From Bigelowiella natans CCMP2755 (Eukaryota > Protista > Cercozoa): DNA of 64,000 bases. The position numbers and the translations under genes were made by a program. Shown here one piece after another: positions 41,505 through 54,516 of the stretch. Below the pieces are notes generated by a model, which saw only the letters and a list, made by a program, of their open reading frames with translations, did not search any database and was not told the DNA's origin. Location: the NCBI GenBank assembly GCA_000320545.1, contig ADNK01001668.1, forward strand, positions 1 to 64,000, given 5' to 3'. Each line of letters begins with the position of its first letter. The stretch's first letter is position 1.

Positions 41505-41807
41505 ATCGATGGTAAAACTAGATCTCAACGAAGAAACATTTGTTGGTGATAATATTATTGAAGAGCTTGGTCTAGGAATCAGGGCATTGGCCTTTGTTGA
41601 TGATGATAATAAGGATGATGATGATGCTAAGAGTGATGATCATTATATTTGCGATAAAGATAAATGCAATTTATTTTCAAAGCCTATAACATGGAGAAAC
41701 TACTCACTTCTTCATTTTATGCACGCACTATTCCAGCAGCACCAGCAGCAAAAATAACGACAAAATTTATGGATGTATGATAAGCTACCCCCCCCCCCCC
41801 CCCCTCC

Positions 41808-41854
<47 letters not shown>

Positions 41855-43582
41855 GTCTGTCTGTCTGTCTGTGTCCCCCCCTCTCGTCCTCCTCCACCTC
41901 AAGTTGTTGGTGCAGAACACTTGACGAATTAATGGTATGGGACCGATTTAGTAATAATTCTTCCTCGTTTTCCCATTGACCTATGATGATGATGATGATG
42001 ATGATGATAGTATGCACTTGATTACCGATCCACCATGATACGATAAAGACAAACCAGATGTTTCCTGCTACGTGTAAATTGTGCTGTTTTTGAGGTTGCT
42101 TTCTAAAAATTGTTTGGCATTTGCATATATGTGAGTACTGCTCCTATTATTATTCAAATAATACGAATTTCATCAGGAGTTATGGCCCTCCTCCATGCCT
42201 CGCCTATCGCCTAAAATAAAGAAGAAAAATAGAGAGAATAGTAGGACATTAGTCTTGAAAATATTGAAGAAGAAATGACGAGGAATGAGAAGGAGGTAAT
42301 GCAACTTGACATTCTACATTGCTGCATTAATAATAGGAGAATCACGATCTACATTTGTGCATTAGTACCAAGAGAAGAAGCACACTATCAATATTGATGC
42401 ATTAGTAATAAGAGAAAGAGGAGGAGGAGGAGGAGGAGGAGGAGAATGATGAACTTTAGTAGTAGTAGTGTAAACATAATCAAACCTATTTTAACATTGT
42501 TGTTATCACTATGCTCTCATACATACATACATACATACATACATTCATACTTCTACAACAACAACAACAACTACTACTACTACTACTACTTGGGCTATTC
42601 GCATTCGTATAACACATAATTCCTATCCCACACTATGATCTCATACATCATACATACTACTACTACTAGTAGTAGTAGTAGTACTACTACTACTATTACT
42701 GCTACCTCTGCTATTCGTTTTCGTATAAATTCCGAGCATTCTGGACCTCGATGGCCATCAAATACACCTGAAAAACAAATATTTATAGCCATATTGCCAA
42801 TATCTTCGCACGAGGACAAATACAGTCTCTTTCAGTAAGTAATTAAGTGCATGCGTAGTACTATTACCAAAAATAGTGCCTAATCCTGATTGGGATACAG
42901 GACGCAAGTATCTGTCTTCATTCGTGGTGTGAGAAAGACCCTGTGATGCATTATTATAACGAATGTGACATCATGTGGAAAAAGGAGGAGGAAGGGGAGG
43001 GACCAGAAGAAGAAGAAGAAGAAGAAGAAGAAGAAGACAAAGGGGATTAATGACGGTGAAGTAAACTAACAACTACTACTACAGCTACTACTACTGTATG
43101 ATGAAGATTATAGTAGCGGTATAGCTGCTCCTCAGAAGTACATGTGAGCAGCAACTAAGTGCTATATTACTACTGCAACCTGTACAGAAACGGTATGAGA
43201 CCAAATAGAGGGTGAGCCGTCGTAGCTATATCTCAAGTCTCTAGATATGATGATTTATCCTCATACTCATAATCATCAATCTCATCATCATAATCACCAA
43301 AATGATCATTATCACTGATTGGAGAACAACACGAAGTGACTGCCTTCGATATCATCACCCCAAAACATGCATACAGACAACCATGCTCCTCGAGGGGAAG
43401 GAACGATAAAATGCGTAGTCTCTATGTTAATACTAACACGAGAATGCATATATTCTCGAAGTAAAATACTGTCTCTATTATCAGGTGCTACATGGTCATC
43501 ATCGTCACCTCATCTCCTCCTCGTCGTCCTTCCTTATGTTTGTTCTTAAGGCGTAGTCCTGTTATTTGCGTACATACAATAT

Positions 43583-43623
<41 letters not shown>

Positions 43624-43985
43624 AACTACTTCATATGTGTTGATAATATATCAGGAAATGTCGTTTGCCGTATTATTTCGAAAGACAAGAAATAAGAGGG
43701 AGGGGATAACAAGACACTGAGCACACCTCTGCATCCTCGTGGAGGACAAATTTGCCATTCACCACGGTTCTAAGAAGTTTTTGTAAAGATAAACAAATTG
43801 TGATTATATATATGGTTGTGATCATATTTATGTGTGTGTGTGTATGTGTGTGTGTGTGTGTGTGTGTATTTGTTGTATATGTGATAACAAGCAGTTGGTA
43901 TGCGCAATAATAGTACCCAAAACTCTCAGCCTGGATGTTGCTAATATGCTTAATCTTATCTGTTTGGCTCCTAGAAGAATATGGA

Positions 43986-44017
<32 letters not shown>

Positions 44018-45187
44018 AGGAAAACAAAGAAAATAACAACTCATTTCTGCAAAAACTACCAATGGTTGACATCGTCGCATAATCATGATCATGCTTATCA
44101 TCACCACCACCAACACCACCACCATCATCGTCCTCATCGCTATCATTATTCTATCTCCAGTATAGATAGTATTGCCTCTCAGCCTCGAGAAGTTTCATAA
44201 TATTCGTATTGGGGTCAATGTCTTCCAGAGATATCTGATTCATGATGATGATGATGATGATAATGATGGTATGATGATGAAGGATGTAATTCAAGGCAGT
44301 CGAAGCACCAACCCAACTCATTATATTCACAGCAGTCGTACGAAACAGCAGTGATCCCTAATGAAAAGCAACCTCCTCCTACCTCTGTAGTTTTAACTTC
44401 TTTCTTCTTTACATTCAATGATTCCAGGATCTGTCTTTTCTTTCCTATTGGGTTATTAATTAGCCGTAGTAGTGAAATATTGCAAACACAAATGCAAAGA
44501 AGAATACAGCAGTATGGTCTATAATATGACCGGCCTCCCTCCTCCCTCCTTGTCCTATTCCTAGGTTTTCTCCCTCTCTCCCCCCCACCTTGAATTCCCC
44601 TCATCTATCACTCACTGCTACTTCTACTACAACTGCTAATACCTTTACATCTAACAATTTGCTGATCAGTACATCCTCCTCGCCCAAGAATTGCAGTTAT
44701 GATACCCATTAACACTGCTGCAAGCTTTCGGCCCTCCCGTCTTCTTCTTTTACTACTACTCTCAACACCACAGAAGCTACTTGAGCCTAGGGTAGCACCA
44801 GGCTCGTACACTTGTTCATCAGCAGCTGATGATTCATGCAACCCTACGGATTTAACCCTTACATTCCGTCGTCGTCGTCGTTGTTGTTGTGTCGTAGGCT
44901 GCTGCTGGTGCTGCTGCTGGGGCATAATCCCAGAGAACAACAACAACAACACGATGACCGTCGTAACCTATGCAGCAGTATCCATAATTACTTACAACGC
45001 GCTTCAGGTACTTAGAAACGGTGGTTCTCATGGCCATCGTCGTCGTCATGATCATTATTATTATTATTATTACTATTATTATGTATGTGCTCATCATCAT
45101 ATGCTCCTCTTGTCTCACATTAATTGTGACGGCTCTCAGTCCAAATAGCGTTGGAGCTGCTCTTGGGCGAGGAGAGTCTGGCATCAT
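33200..45187 (-). CDS. PPM/PP2C phosphatase with signal-peptide-like leader and a large insertion (coiled coil, WW, acidic); may be more than one gene
   Basis: SVQGLSHTTNEDRY (~42900-43200), FSGVFDGHRG (~42745-42775); then ALSNAFRQLE, GSCAV, LYVANLGDSRGVLCR, LSEDHKPNRPDEVERI, LAVSRAFGD, LACDGIFDV, GSSDDLTVVVV (35870-33440). Leader MMPDSPRPRAAPTLFGLRA|VTTVIVLLLLFSG. One probable GC-AG intron donor at ~44174. Confidence 0.8.
35028..35268. repeat. Intronic minisatellite, 4 x ~56 bp
   Basis: Unit actgtaattgtttcgatagtacgatcatgccttcaactacg(acg)(act)n repeated four times. Confidence 0.93.
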
Positions 45188-45322
45188 CCATTGGTGGGGG
45201 GGGGAACCCAGTATGTGCATGTGGTAGTTGGGAAAGTTATGGCGTTGATGAATGCGTGAGTGGTGTCTGTATGACGCATCATGATGATGATCAACAACAG
45301 CAACTGATCGCCTCCTTCTCCT

Positions 45323-45380
45323 GCTTGTCCTTGTCCTTGTCCTTGTCCTTGTCCTTGTCCTTGTCCTTGTCCTTGTCCTT
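45323..45380. repeat. (CTTGTC)n hexamer microsatellite in the divergent PP2C/ArsA spacer
   Basis: About 9 perfect units. Confidence 0.9.
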
Positions 45381-45712
45381 CTCCCTCCTCCTCCTCCGGC
45401 TGTCTCAGTGTAGTCTTCTCTCGGCTTGATTCTTGTTAAATCTACGCCTACAATGCTGCCTCCTTAATTCTTCAAAAATTGCCTGTGTTCTTATACTGCG
45501 ACTCATTTGCAATGAACTGCATTTGGTGGATTATTCAGAAATGTTCTGTGTTTTTACACAGCGACATGGTTTTGAAATGTCGCGCACTAGCTTCTTCTTC
45601 ACAAGGAGGATTCGACGTCACCACCCGACACCACCCCACCACCGACTCCTTCTGAAAGGAAAGACCTCCTTCCGTTAGGGAAAGGGCTGTCTAGCCTGCA
45701 GACATACTGAGA

Positions 45713-48373
45713 ATGATACATCAAATGGGAGAGAAACGCCTGGGCTGTTGCTCTAACTTGTTTTCGTGGTTGATCATACCTGCCTTGTTTACCATTGTAA
45801 TCTGTCTTGTTGGCTATCATCATCATCAACATCATTATCCCCTTCCTTCATCATTGGGCTCTCAACCCTTCACCTCAGCCCGTCAAATATCCCGATATTT
45901 AGTCGGTGCAATTCCTGGTCAAACACATTGTCCAAGATCGTTGGTTAGGTCTTTGATTATGTCTCCACTTGGAACACTTGATCAAGAGAGGAGGAGGAGA
46001 AGGAAGAGGGAAGACCTTTTCGAACAGAAGGCCCGGGTTGCGCGTGCTGCATCGACAGTAAGATCATCTGTGGAGAATAATCTGTCTGAATTGCTTGAGA
46101 CTTCACATGCTGTATCGGAACGCTTTATCTTCTGTGGAGGTAAGGGTGGTGTAGGCAAGACAACCTCTTCAGCTGCTATTGCTGTCAAGCTAGCAGAGGA
46201 AGGACATTCAACTTTGGTCGTGAGTACTGATCCTGCTCACTCTCTTGGAGACGCCTTCGACGAAGATCTGAGAGGAAAGGGACCAGTTTGCGTGGGGGCG
46301 AGCGAAGAGTTACCCCTCTATGCAATGGAGATCGACACTGAGAACGCCATTAAGCGCTTTTCAGACGCCATATCGGGATTGGATCTTATCTCACTTGCCC
46401 AAGAGGCTGGGATATCAAGCAGCATGCTTGAGAGTGTTGGAGCAGATGAAGTTCTACAGGAGCTCTCCTCACTCTTCGAAAACCCTCCACCAGGAATAGA
46501 CGAGATTGTGGCAATATCACAAGTTGTCAACTTAATAAAAAGGGGGGATGCAAATTTTGGAAAAGGAGCAGGGCGATTCGATAGAATAGTATTTGATACT
46601 GCGCCAACTGGGCACACATTACGGTTACTATCTCTGCCCAAGTTCCTGGACGGTTTTGTTGCGAAGACAATTAAGTTGCGTGCACGTGTTGGTGGGCTTC
46701 TTAACTCCATAACTTCGATGCTAGGAATGGAGAACACGTTCGATAGCAAGCTCAATAAAGTGGTGGATAAACTCGAGGAGTTTCAGCGAGAAATTCAAAG
46801 TCTGAAAGCTCTCTTCCAAAATCCTGAGGCTACTGAATTCATCATCGTTACCATCCCAACACAGATGGCAGTAAGGGAGTCGGAACGATTAGTAGACTCA
46901 CTCAAAACACAGCAAATAGCATCGAAGCACATTATCATCAACAAATTGCTAGGAACACCGGAAGGGGAAGAAGCAAACGCGTATCTCAGCAACATCAAAT
47001 CTGGGCAGGAGCAATGCCTGAGTCGATTAGAAGGTAGCTTAGCATCAAAAGGCATCAAGATGACTACAGTGCCCTACTTCGATTCTGAAGTTACGGGGGT
47101 GGTCGCGTTACAATACATGGGCGACTTAGCGTTTAAGAGTGGATGGGAGGATCTTGAGGTGCTTTCTTCTTCCTCCTCCTCATCTTTACCTGATAATAAT
47201 GATAGTACGATGAGCCTTGAAGAGAAGTTAAAACGAATGGAGGCAGAAATTGAAAAGGAAGCTACCCAAGCAGCAGATTCTATGCCCAAGTTTGTTATAA
47301 TGGGAGGCAAGGGTGGTGTGGGAAAGACTTCATGTTCCTCCGCCCTAGCTCTGAGTCTGGCCATGCAAGGAGCTAAAACGGCGGTCGTCAGCACAGATCC
47401 TGCTCATTCTCTAGGAGATTCTCTCCAAATGCACCTATCTGGCAACCTCCAACCAGTACCTGCATTACCAGAAAATGTGAATTTATATGCAATGGAGATC
47501 GACACAAAACAAGCTATTGACAATTTTAAGTCAGCCGTACAAGGCATGGTTGAGCAGTCGAGGAGTGGTGGAGGAGGTGGTGTGCTGTCATCGTTGAAGC
47601 TTGAAGAGTTCGTTGAGACGTTAGAGACGCCCCCTCCTGGTGCTGACGAGCTCGTTGCCCTCTCAGAGATGCTCAAGATCGTAAACCGGGGAACTCCTGA
47701 CACGGGGGAACAGTTTGATTATGTCGTTATCGACACTGCGCCTACAGGTCACACATTAAGGCTGCTGGCACTACCTGAATTCTTGAATAAATTCTTCACT
47801 AGATTGCGGAAGATCAGAGATAAAGCGAGTGGTGCAGGGGCCTTCCTGAGCATGTTTGCTCCTTCTGGAGAGGGAGAGGGAGAGGAGCAAAATTCGATTT
47901 TCTCCTCTTCTTATAGTACATCTGAGTATGATGATATATTATCACGTGTTGAAACTACTGGTAAGACTAGCACACCAACAATGGCGACGAATATCGATCG
48001 GCTGGCAGAATTACAAGACAGTATGAATAGGGTTACAAATCTTCTCAAAGATCCAACTCAAAGTCAATTCTGCATCGTCACTATTCCCACCGTGCTCGCT
48101 GTGGCAGAGAGCGAGCGACTTGTTCATGCATTGGAACAAGAGAAGATACGCGTGTCCCATGTCATCGCCAACCAAGTCATAGCGAGCGAAGATGACGTGT
48201 CTGATCGAGCCTATCTCAATCGTATAGGTTTCGAGCAGGAAATGATGACGCAGCGAGTCAATAAGCTTGCCAAGTCAGAACAGCTTAATGTTGTCAAGGT
48301 GCCTTATTTTGATGCAGAAGTGCGAGGCTTAGATGGTCTCAGGATATTGGGGAATAAACTCTTCAAGGCATAG
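45713..48373 (+). CDS. Tandem two-domain ArsA/GET3 ATPase (algal ARSA1-like) with bipartite plastid-type leader; intronless
   Basis: 886-aa ORF with two copies each of GGKGGVGKT, STDPAHSL and DTAPTGHT; hydrophobic N-terminal LFSWLIIPALFTIVICLVGY followed by an S/R-rich stretch. Confidence 0.95.
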   Translation: MIHQMGEKRLGCCSNLFSWLIIPALFTIVICLVGYHHHQHHYPLPSSLGSQPFTSARQISRYLVGAIPGQTHCPRSLVRSLIMSPLGTLDQERRRRRKREDLFEQKARVARAASTVRSSVENNLSELLETSHAVSERFIFCGGKGGVGKTTSSAAIAVKLAEEGHSTLVVSTDPAHSLGDAFDEDLRGKGPVCVGASEELPLYAMEIDTENAIKRFSDAISGLDLISLAQEAGISSSMLESVGADEVLQELSSLFENPPPGIDEIVAISQVVNLIKRGDANFGKGAGRFDRIVFDTAPTGHTLRLLSLPKFLDGFVAKTIKLRARVGGLLNSITSMLGMENTFDSKLNKVVDKLEEFQREIQSLKALFQNPEATEFIIVTIPTQMAVRESERLVDSLKTQQIASKHIIINKLLGTPEGEEANAYLSNIKSGQEQCLSRLEGSLASKGIKMTTVPYFDSEVTGVVALQYMGDLAFKSGWEDLEVLSSSSSSSLPDNNDSTMSLEEKLKRMEAEIEKEATQAADSMPKFVIMGGKGGVGKTSCSSALALSLAMQGAKTAVVSTDPAHSLGDSLQMHLSGNLQPVPALPENVNLYAMEIDTKQAIDNFKSAVQGMVEQSRSGGGGGVLSSLKLEEFVETLETPPPGADELVALSEMLKIVNRGTPDTGEQFDYVVIDTAPTGHTLRLLALPEFLNKFFTRLRKIRDKASGAGAFLSMFAPSGEGEGEEQNSIFSSSYSTSEYDDILSRVETTGKTSTPTMATNIDRLAELQDSMNRVTNLLKDPTQSQFCIVTIPTVLAVAESERLVHALEQEKIRVSHVIANQVIASEDDVSDRAYLNRIGFEQEMMTQRVNKLAKSEQLNVVKVPYFDAEVRGLDGLRILGNKLFKA

Positions 48374-48559
48374 GAGGTGATAGTTGTTAAATGCATAAAT
48401 ATGCATGCACCACCGGTTCACTTGTTAGCTAAAGGAAGAGGAAGAGGAAGAACAAGAAGGAAGTATGAAGAAGATCTACATTTATCTTAAGATCCCACAT
48501 AGCCACCGTTCTTCATTTCAAGAGTCATAGTCACACTGTAATACGGATGGATCACATTT

Positions 48560-49370
48560 CACAGTATGCAGTAGCGATTCTACTGCCAAATTCGTGTAGA
48601 TTCTAACGAGTGCTGCAACAAGAGTTTGCAAATGTCTGCTTGTCGCTGCGCATCTCATCTTGGACAATTGACTTTGCACCGGATCTCAATGTCTGCACCG
48701 CAAATCCGTGCTAGCGTGCGCTTTGTTACCTTTCACGCGTAGCACACACCACAACGCGCAGCAAAAGCACGTGTCATTTTCGCAAGACTAACTTGTCGTA
48801 TCGCATCGCACACGCATATTTTCGTGACTAAATTCGCAAATCGCGCTGCCATGCCATTTGCAGCATGAGCACTAACTGGTGAAACTAGCACGGTTTGAAA
48901 GTTGACTAGCATGGAAACAGCATGGCTAGCGCGTCAATGTGATAACAATGATACGCATACACTCTGACCAAGAACTTGATGAACATTGAACAAACAAACA
49001 AACAAACGTGGTACATGAAGCACTACATTTCCAAAATGCTGCATGATATTTGCAATGTACGAAACGCAATGCCTTTAACTAGCTTCAGCGAGGACTGACT
49101 GTAAATTAATTACGAGTAGCGACGCGCACGCGGACGTTTACGCGTGATTATGGAACATTGTTGTGTGTATTATCGTGGCTATAGCGACTTATAGACTTGC
49201 AGCACTCAATATAGAAATAAATAGTCTATTTGTGTATCGTACGCGTGTATAAATAGTCTATTTGAATCAGACACTAACGCTGCATGCGCAAGCAGCTAGT
49301 ATGTGCATAGTATGCACCAATGACTTGTAGTTGATAGATGAACTTACACCCTCAACTTTGCTGCACTGTT
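48560..49370. other. TpA-reduced, TG/CA/CG-rich intergenic island (weaker)
   Basis: TpA sparse in ~48610-48945 and frequently within CTA/TAG/CTAG; lies between convergent 3' ends. Confidence 0.65.
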
Positions 49371-49446
49371 TTGAATTGACAAATCATGCTATATCTAAGT
49401 AGGTCCTTCATAATCTATCACACCTTCGTCACGACATGATCGTCTA

Positions 49447-50872
49447 CTACTTAGGATTGGATGTGGCGGCACCTTTCTTGTTTCCAACTGCGCTAACACC
49501 TAAAAAATATAACTTTCCGTAAATACAATTTTTATAAAAAGCGTGAAAGAAATCCCGAAGAAACGTGTCGGTAGTACCTGTCCCTGGTAAAGTCTTTTTG
49601 TCTACTATTGTGAATGAACCTGGGATTGATGATCGGAATAAACACTTTTAGACATTTATTACCATTTCAAAAACTACTCAAACTTCTGTACATCGAGGGA
49701 GAGTCGTCAGTTCGCACGTTACTTTTGCTTTCATCCCCATGTTCTCCAATGCACCTGTTATGATGATCTCAGCTATGACTAGTAGGCCTTCTTCTTCGTA
49801 TTATACAAACATATTTCTGTAGAATGAAATTAATTAGACCGAAGGGGGGGGGGGGGGAAGACCACTCACTACTACCTTTTATTATTCCTGTAGCTAGTGC
49901 AGCTAGGGCTTGCGCCTAAAAAATCGTTAGTCCGTTAGCCAAAAGGAAGGAAGGTTGATGATGCAACGATGATAAATTATTGCAGCACACGATATATTCG
50001 ACAAGGAGCCACCTCTTTTACTTCATCCTTGGTGTTTGATAGCCTCGTAAACCACGGAAATTTGTAGTCATGCACAACATAGATACCCTATTAATTTAAA
50101 AAGTACCATATCAATGATCGAATAGCTGCAAAAATTATGGGGTTAGAAGGGAATATATAGCTGTGATTTACCAAGTAGTTTGTCTGTAACTTGTCTGCTT
50201 GCTTTTTGAATGTTGATATCCACTGCTCAAATCAAATTAAAGGAAATGCAGTAAAGTGAATTGAATATGGCGATTGTAGAGAGTGTAAGAACAGTAGTTA
50301 GAACAGTAGTTACAAATTCCTTGCAGATAAATTTAATTGTGTCCAGTTGCTGGGAAAGACGGACAAGGGCACTGGTATATCTGTTGTCAATAAAAAGAGG
50401 GGGAGAACAAACTCATATTCTAATCAATTGCTTGTTTACACAACCAACTGCCTTGTTGTTCACATTAGTTCCGAACCTTTCTGCCAATCGAGCGCCAACT
50501 TGAACCCCCATCTCATCCATTTTCGCTATTGCTTTCGAAGTGTTTCCTTTGCATGTACGCCTGCAGTACTGAATGAAGCCATTTCTCAATTTCATCTGTT
50601 TCTAGAATAACGAGAAAAATCGTTTTGTGAACCTCTATGATTTCAAAATGCAAGAACTGGAGAGTGCTATCTGCAACTTCCTTTATCTGGGTTGCTTTCC
50701 TGTAAAGCAACAACATGCATTTGTATTCTTATTCCGGATCGTTCAAAGTCAGTCTTGATTCCCCATGTGTATTTAGCTACGTAAATAAAGACCTGGGAGG
50801 CTCCTGTACGTCTCCTCTGCCGACCATTTTGGTGGTCGGCTTGGGCTCCATCGGAGGCGGTTCGTCCTCCAT
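49447..50872 (-). CDS. TRAPPC6: TRAPP complex subunit 6 (Trs33, Bet3 family)
   Basis: VADSTLQFLHFEIIE, KMDEMGVQVGARLAER, QLDTIKFICKEF|WISTFKKQADKLQTNYL|GIYVVHDYKFPW, GIIK|GALENMG, CSFTI. Confidence 0.92.
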
Positions 50873-51231
50873 GCCTGGGCTGCAAGATGTTGTTTCTGTT
50901 GTTTTACGATTTTGTATTCTGTTCTTTTTATTGGGTTATTCGTTGTCCATGAAAAAGTTATTGTTTCTGTTGTCTTATCTCCAGTGATGCCATTTTTAGT
51001 CAACTTATCATCGTGATAATATCCTTAACAACAAATTATTGAGAAGTACTACTGTCTCTAGCGAGAATGAACATAGCTGGGACAAGGATTAGAGTCTAGA
51101 TCTAGGCGAGGGTTGGTGAGGGTATCTTGGCATCAAATAATACTAAATATCAAAATAAGCTGAAATGTATCATGTCGCACTTTCAAATTAGCATGGATTT
51201 TATCTGAAATAAACCCCTCGTGCTCATTCAG

Positions 51232-52523
51232 CCTCCTCCACGTGGCAACACTAGTACGAGCGTACTCCTCCTCCCTGAACCCTTGAAAAAACGAGACACG
51301 TTGGAGGGAGGGTGGAGGAGAGACGACCTGTGGGATAGTCTTGATTATAGGACATCATGTGTGAAAAAGGAGGAGGAAGAGTGGAGCCAGCGAGTTGTTC
51401 TTTGGGAAGAAGGTTCCTAATAATTAACATGGATTTGAGACAATACAAAATGACGGCTGCATTGACGCTCCAGTGCTTTTTCGTGACTCACTGTCAAGTG
51501 AATAAAACGTTGAGAGTGCTCTATATGTAGCGTTGTATTCCTTCCACCAGCCCCCCTTCTCCTGAATTCTATCTGCTGCTGTTTTTAGACGTATTCTAGG
51601 AACAACCGCAACGTTGAGCGTCATCGTCAGCTTCGCTTTTGTTATTCCAGTGAAACAATGGCGAAAATACTTGACTGTAAATGATGTAAGTACTAACACG
51701 ACGGCTGCCTTCAACAAGTAATATTCATTCATTCACCCGTTATCTCAAAAGAGCGACGATTTCCACTGGCGAACCTCCTTTGGAGCACCAAGTGCGGATG
51801 CTCACGTTATAAAAGATGAAGGCCTACACCAAGGTCAAGAAAGTGCAGCTGATAAATTCTTTTATTTGGAACTCGCTATGATATAGTTTGAAAATACTTA
51901 GGACTCTGCATTCTCTGATGGAATCTAATTGCTATTTTCTTCTTCTACTACTACTACTACTACGACTTACTTTACTGCTTCTATTACTACTGCTGCTACT
52001 GTTTCAAAACAACAATTTCTGTGCAACTGTACTTTAGGAAGAAAGAGAGGGTCGGATTTCTTCAAAACTTTGAATGCCTCCTCATACTACAATAAAGCAT
52101 TTTCAGTTGATTTCTCAAACCGATACGATGTGATGAAGGTATTTCTTGGTATAGTTGCCATTCCAGTGATACTACTCATCATCATTCTTACTTCCCCTTT
52201 GTTCGAATTATTGTGATGAGTAGTACCCATTATTCTAAAACCTCGTTGTTTTTTATTCGCACTTTTCAGTACTTTGATATCGATAGAGGACATCTCACAA
52301 CTGATGGTAATGATGCAATCTGCAATAAGAAGTTGTATTAATAAGATCTATTCTCTGATTGCTACAACAGCTACTTACTACAAAGCATAATCAATCGTAC
52401 CGGTGATAATAATAATGTACTTCAGGATCTTCCGCATGCACCCGCAAAGATCATGTTGACATAGGAGCTCAACTAACTGGCAAAGTAAGAACCAAAGCTT
52501 CTTTCCAACAAATATACAATAAA

Positions 52524-52594
<71 letters not shown>

Positions 52595-53277
52595 AGTGTG
52601 TAATTAATGTGTTTATTGCCATCACATCAACGACAATTTAGCGTCGTCGTAGACAGCACGTAATCACTCGTGATTGTGTTTTAACTAAAACAACCTGCAT
52701 TGTCAATGCCTCACACGTTTCGTCGTCGCCTACTACTACTGCTACCACCATCACCATAGAATGCTGGCCAGGAGCGGGGTATGATTCTAAGGATGGATAA
52801 TGTCCAACCTGATTGTGACAGCAGAGGGTATTATCATCATCATCATCATCATCCACGTAATAACTGTGATTCGAAGGATAGACAATGTCCAATAACCCGC
52901 CTCATATTATCCACCTTAGTAAGTAGTATTACTATTATTTTGTCAAGAGAAACAATCATCGTTATCATCATGATTATGCGTACTTCTTCCTCCGCCTCCT
53001 CCTCTATATTACTTCCACCTCTTAGAAGAGTACAGATATCCACTGGTCACCTCTCCGGCAAATTCAACCTGCTCTATGGTACTGTTACTGCCACTTGTAC
53101 TACATATTAGGAAGATGTGTGTTCTCATTGGATTTATCAAATCGGACATGCTAGGATGATGTGAGCTCTTAAAATGATATGAAATCGCTACTACATAGGA
53201 AACTTTACTTTCCGTGTAAGAATGGCATATGCGGAAGATGATACTCGTGCCCCCACAACTACATATCCATCAGGTTG

Positions 53278-53310
<33 letters not shown>

Positions 53311-53827
53311 CGATGACGATAAAGAGATAGATATTTGTTAGGGTAGGAGAAGAGGATGATGAGAAAGAGGAGTGGGTAGAGATAGAATCTTCGTATCATT
53401 ACACGATGATATACCTTACTCTATTCTTCTTCTTCTTCTTCTTCTTCTTCTTCTTCTTCGGTAGCCGCACCAACAACCATAGCGCCCGCCACCACCACCA
53501 CCACCACTACGGCGTCTCCCACACCAGTTCCTCCAACGATAGGGCCAAAATATTCTTCTTCTTCTTCTTCTTCTTCTTCTTCTCTTTCACGTGAGTACAG
53601 ATATTAATAGTAGTAGTAGTAGTAGTAGTAGTAGTAACAGTAGTAGTACTATTCTTCTTCACTAGTACACTGTCATCACACAATCATTCTCATTACCATC
53701 GAGCCATCCATTGATTCGGTGATACACTAATCATCTGCCGCGACGATATCCTCCTCCTCCTCCTCCTCCTCCTCTTTTAAACCTAAAGCAAGTGTAATGC
53801 CAGCTAGAAAGTCCAAGAGGAAACATG

Positions 53828-53860
<33 letters not shown>

Positions 53861-54464
53861 CAAGTAGTAGTAGTAGTAGTATACATTGTGGTTGACAACA
53901 ATAACGATATTAGTAGTTAGTGCTGCATACATCTAGGTCAGCCACATATATTGTTCCACTTGATAGTGAGTGATGGTGCTGCATACATCTAGGTCAGCCA
54001 CATATATTGTTGTATATGCACTTGATAGTGAGTGATGGTGATGATGGTGATGATGATGGTGATGAAGAATAATAGTAAAGATGGTGAGAATAATAATAAG
54101 ACCATAAATGTTGTTGTTGATAGCTTTACCGGATAATGCCATGTCGTGCGTATCACTGTACACAAGCAAGACCTACCACAACGAATTTGCCATATGCTAC
54201 CGAGCGACTAGACCTGGAAAAGTAGCACTCAATTACTGGAATGGAAAGGTAGTTGTTTCTGATGATGATGATGATGATGATGCAAGATACTTAGAAATAA
54301 AAATAATTCATTCGTTCTTAGCAGCAAAGAAATACTAAAAGAACACTGATATGTTGTTAATGTAAGGATGGAATGCATGGAGGACTTGATCATCAGCGAA
54401 TAGTCGTGATTCCGAAAGATACGGATTGGGGGTATACAATATATTATATCTTATTAAATTTCTG

Positions 54465-54516
<52 letters not shown>

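Noticed and set aside
51273-51283. CCCTGAACCCT as a telomerase RNA template matching the variant telomere repeat
   Set aside because: Lies in an open exon (LPEPL) that splices in frame into the GH16-like gene; no supporting promoter or terminator seen; a chance 11-mer is plausible.
51424-51732. Minus-strand 102-aa ORF
   Set aside because: Antisense to in-frame exons of the GH16-like gene.
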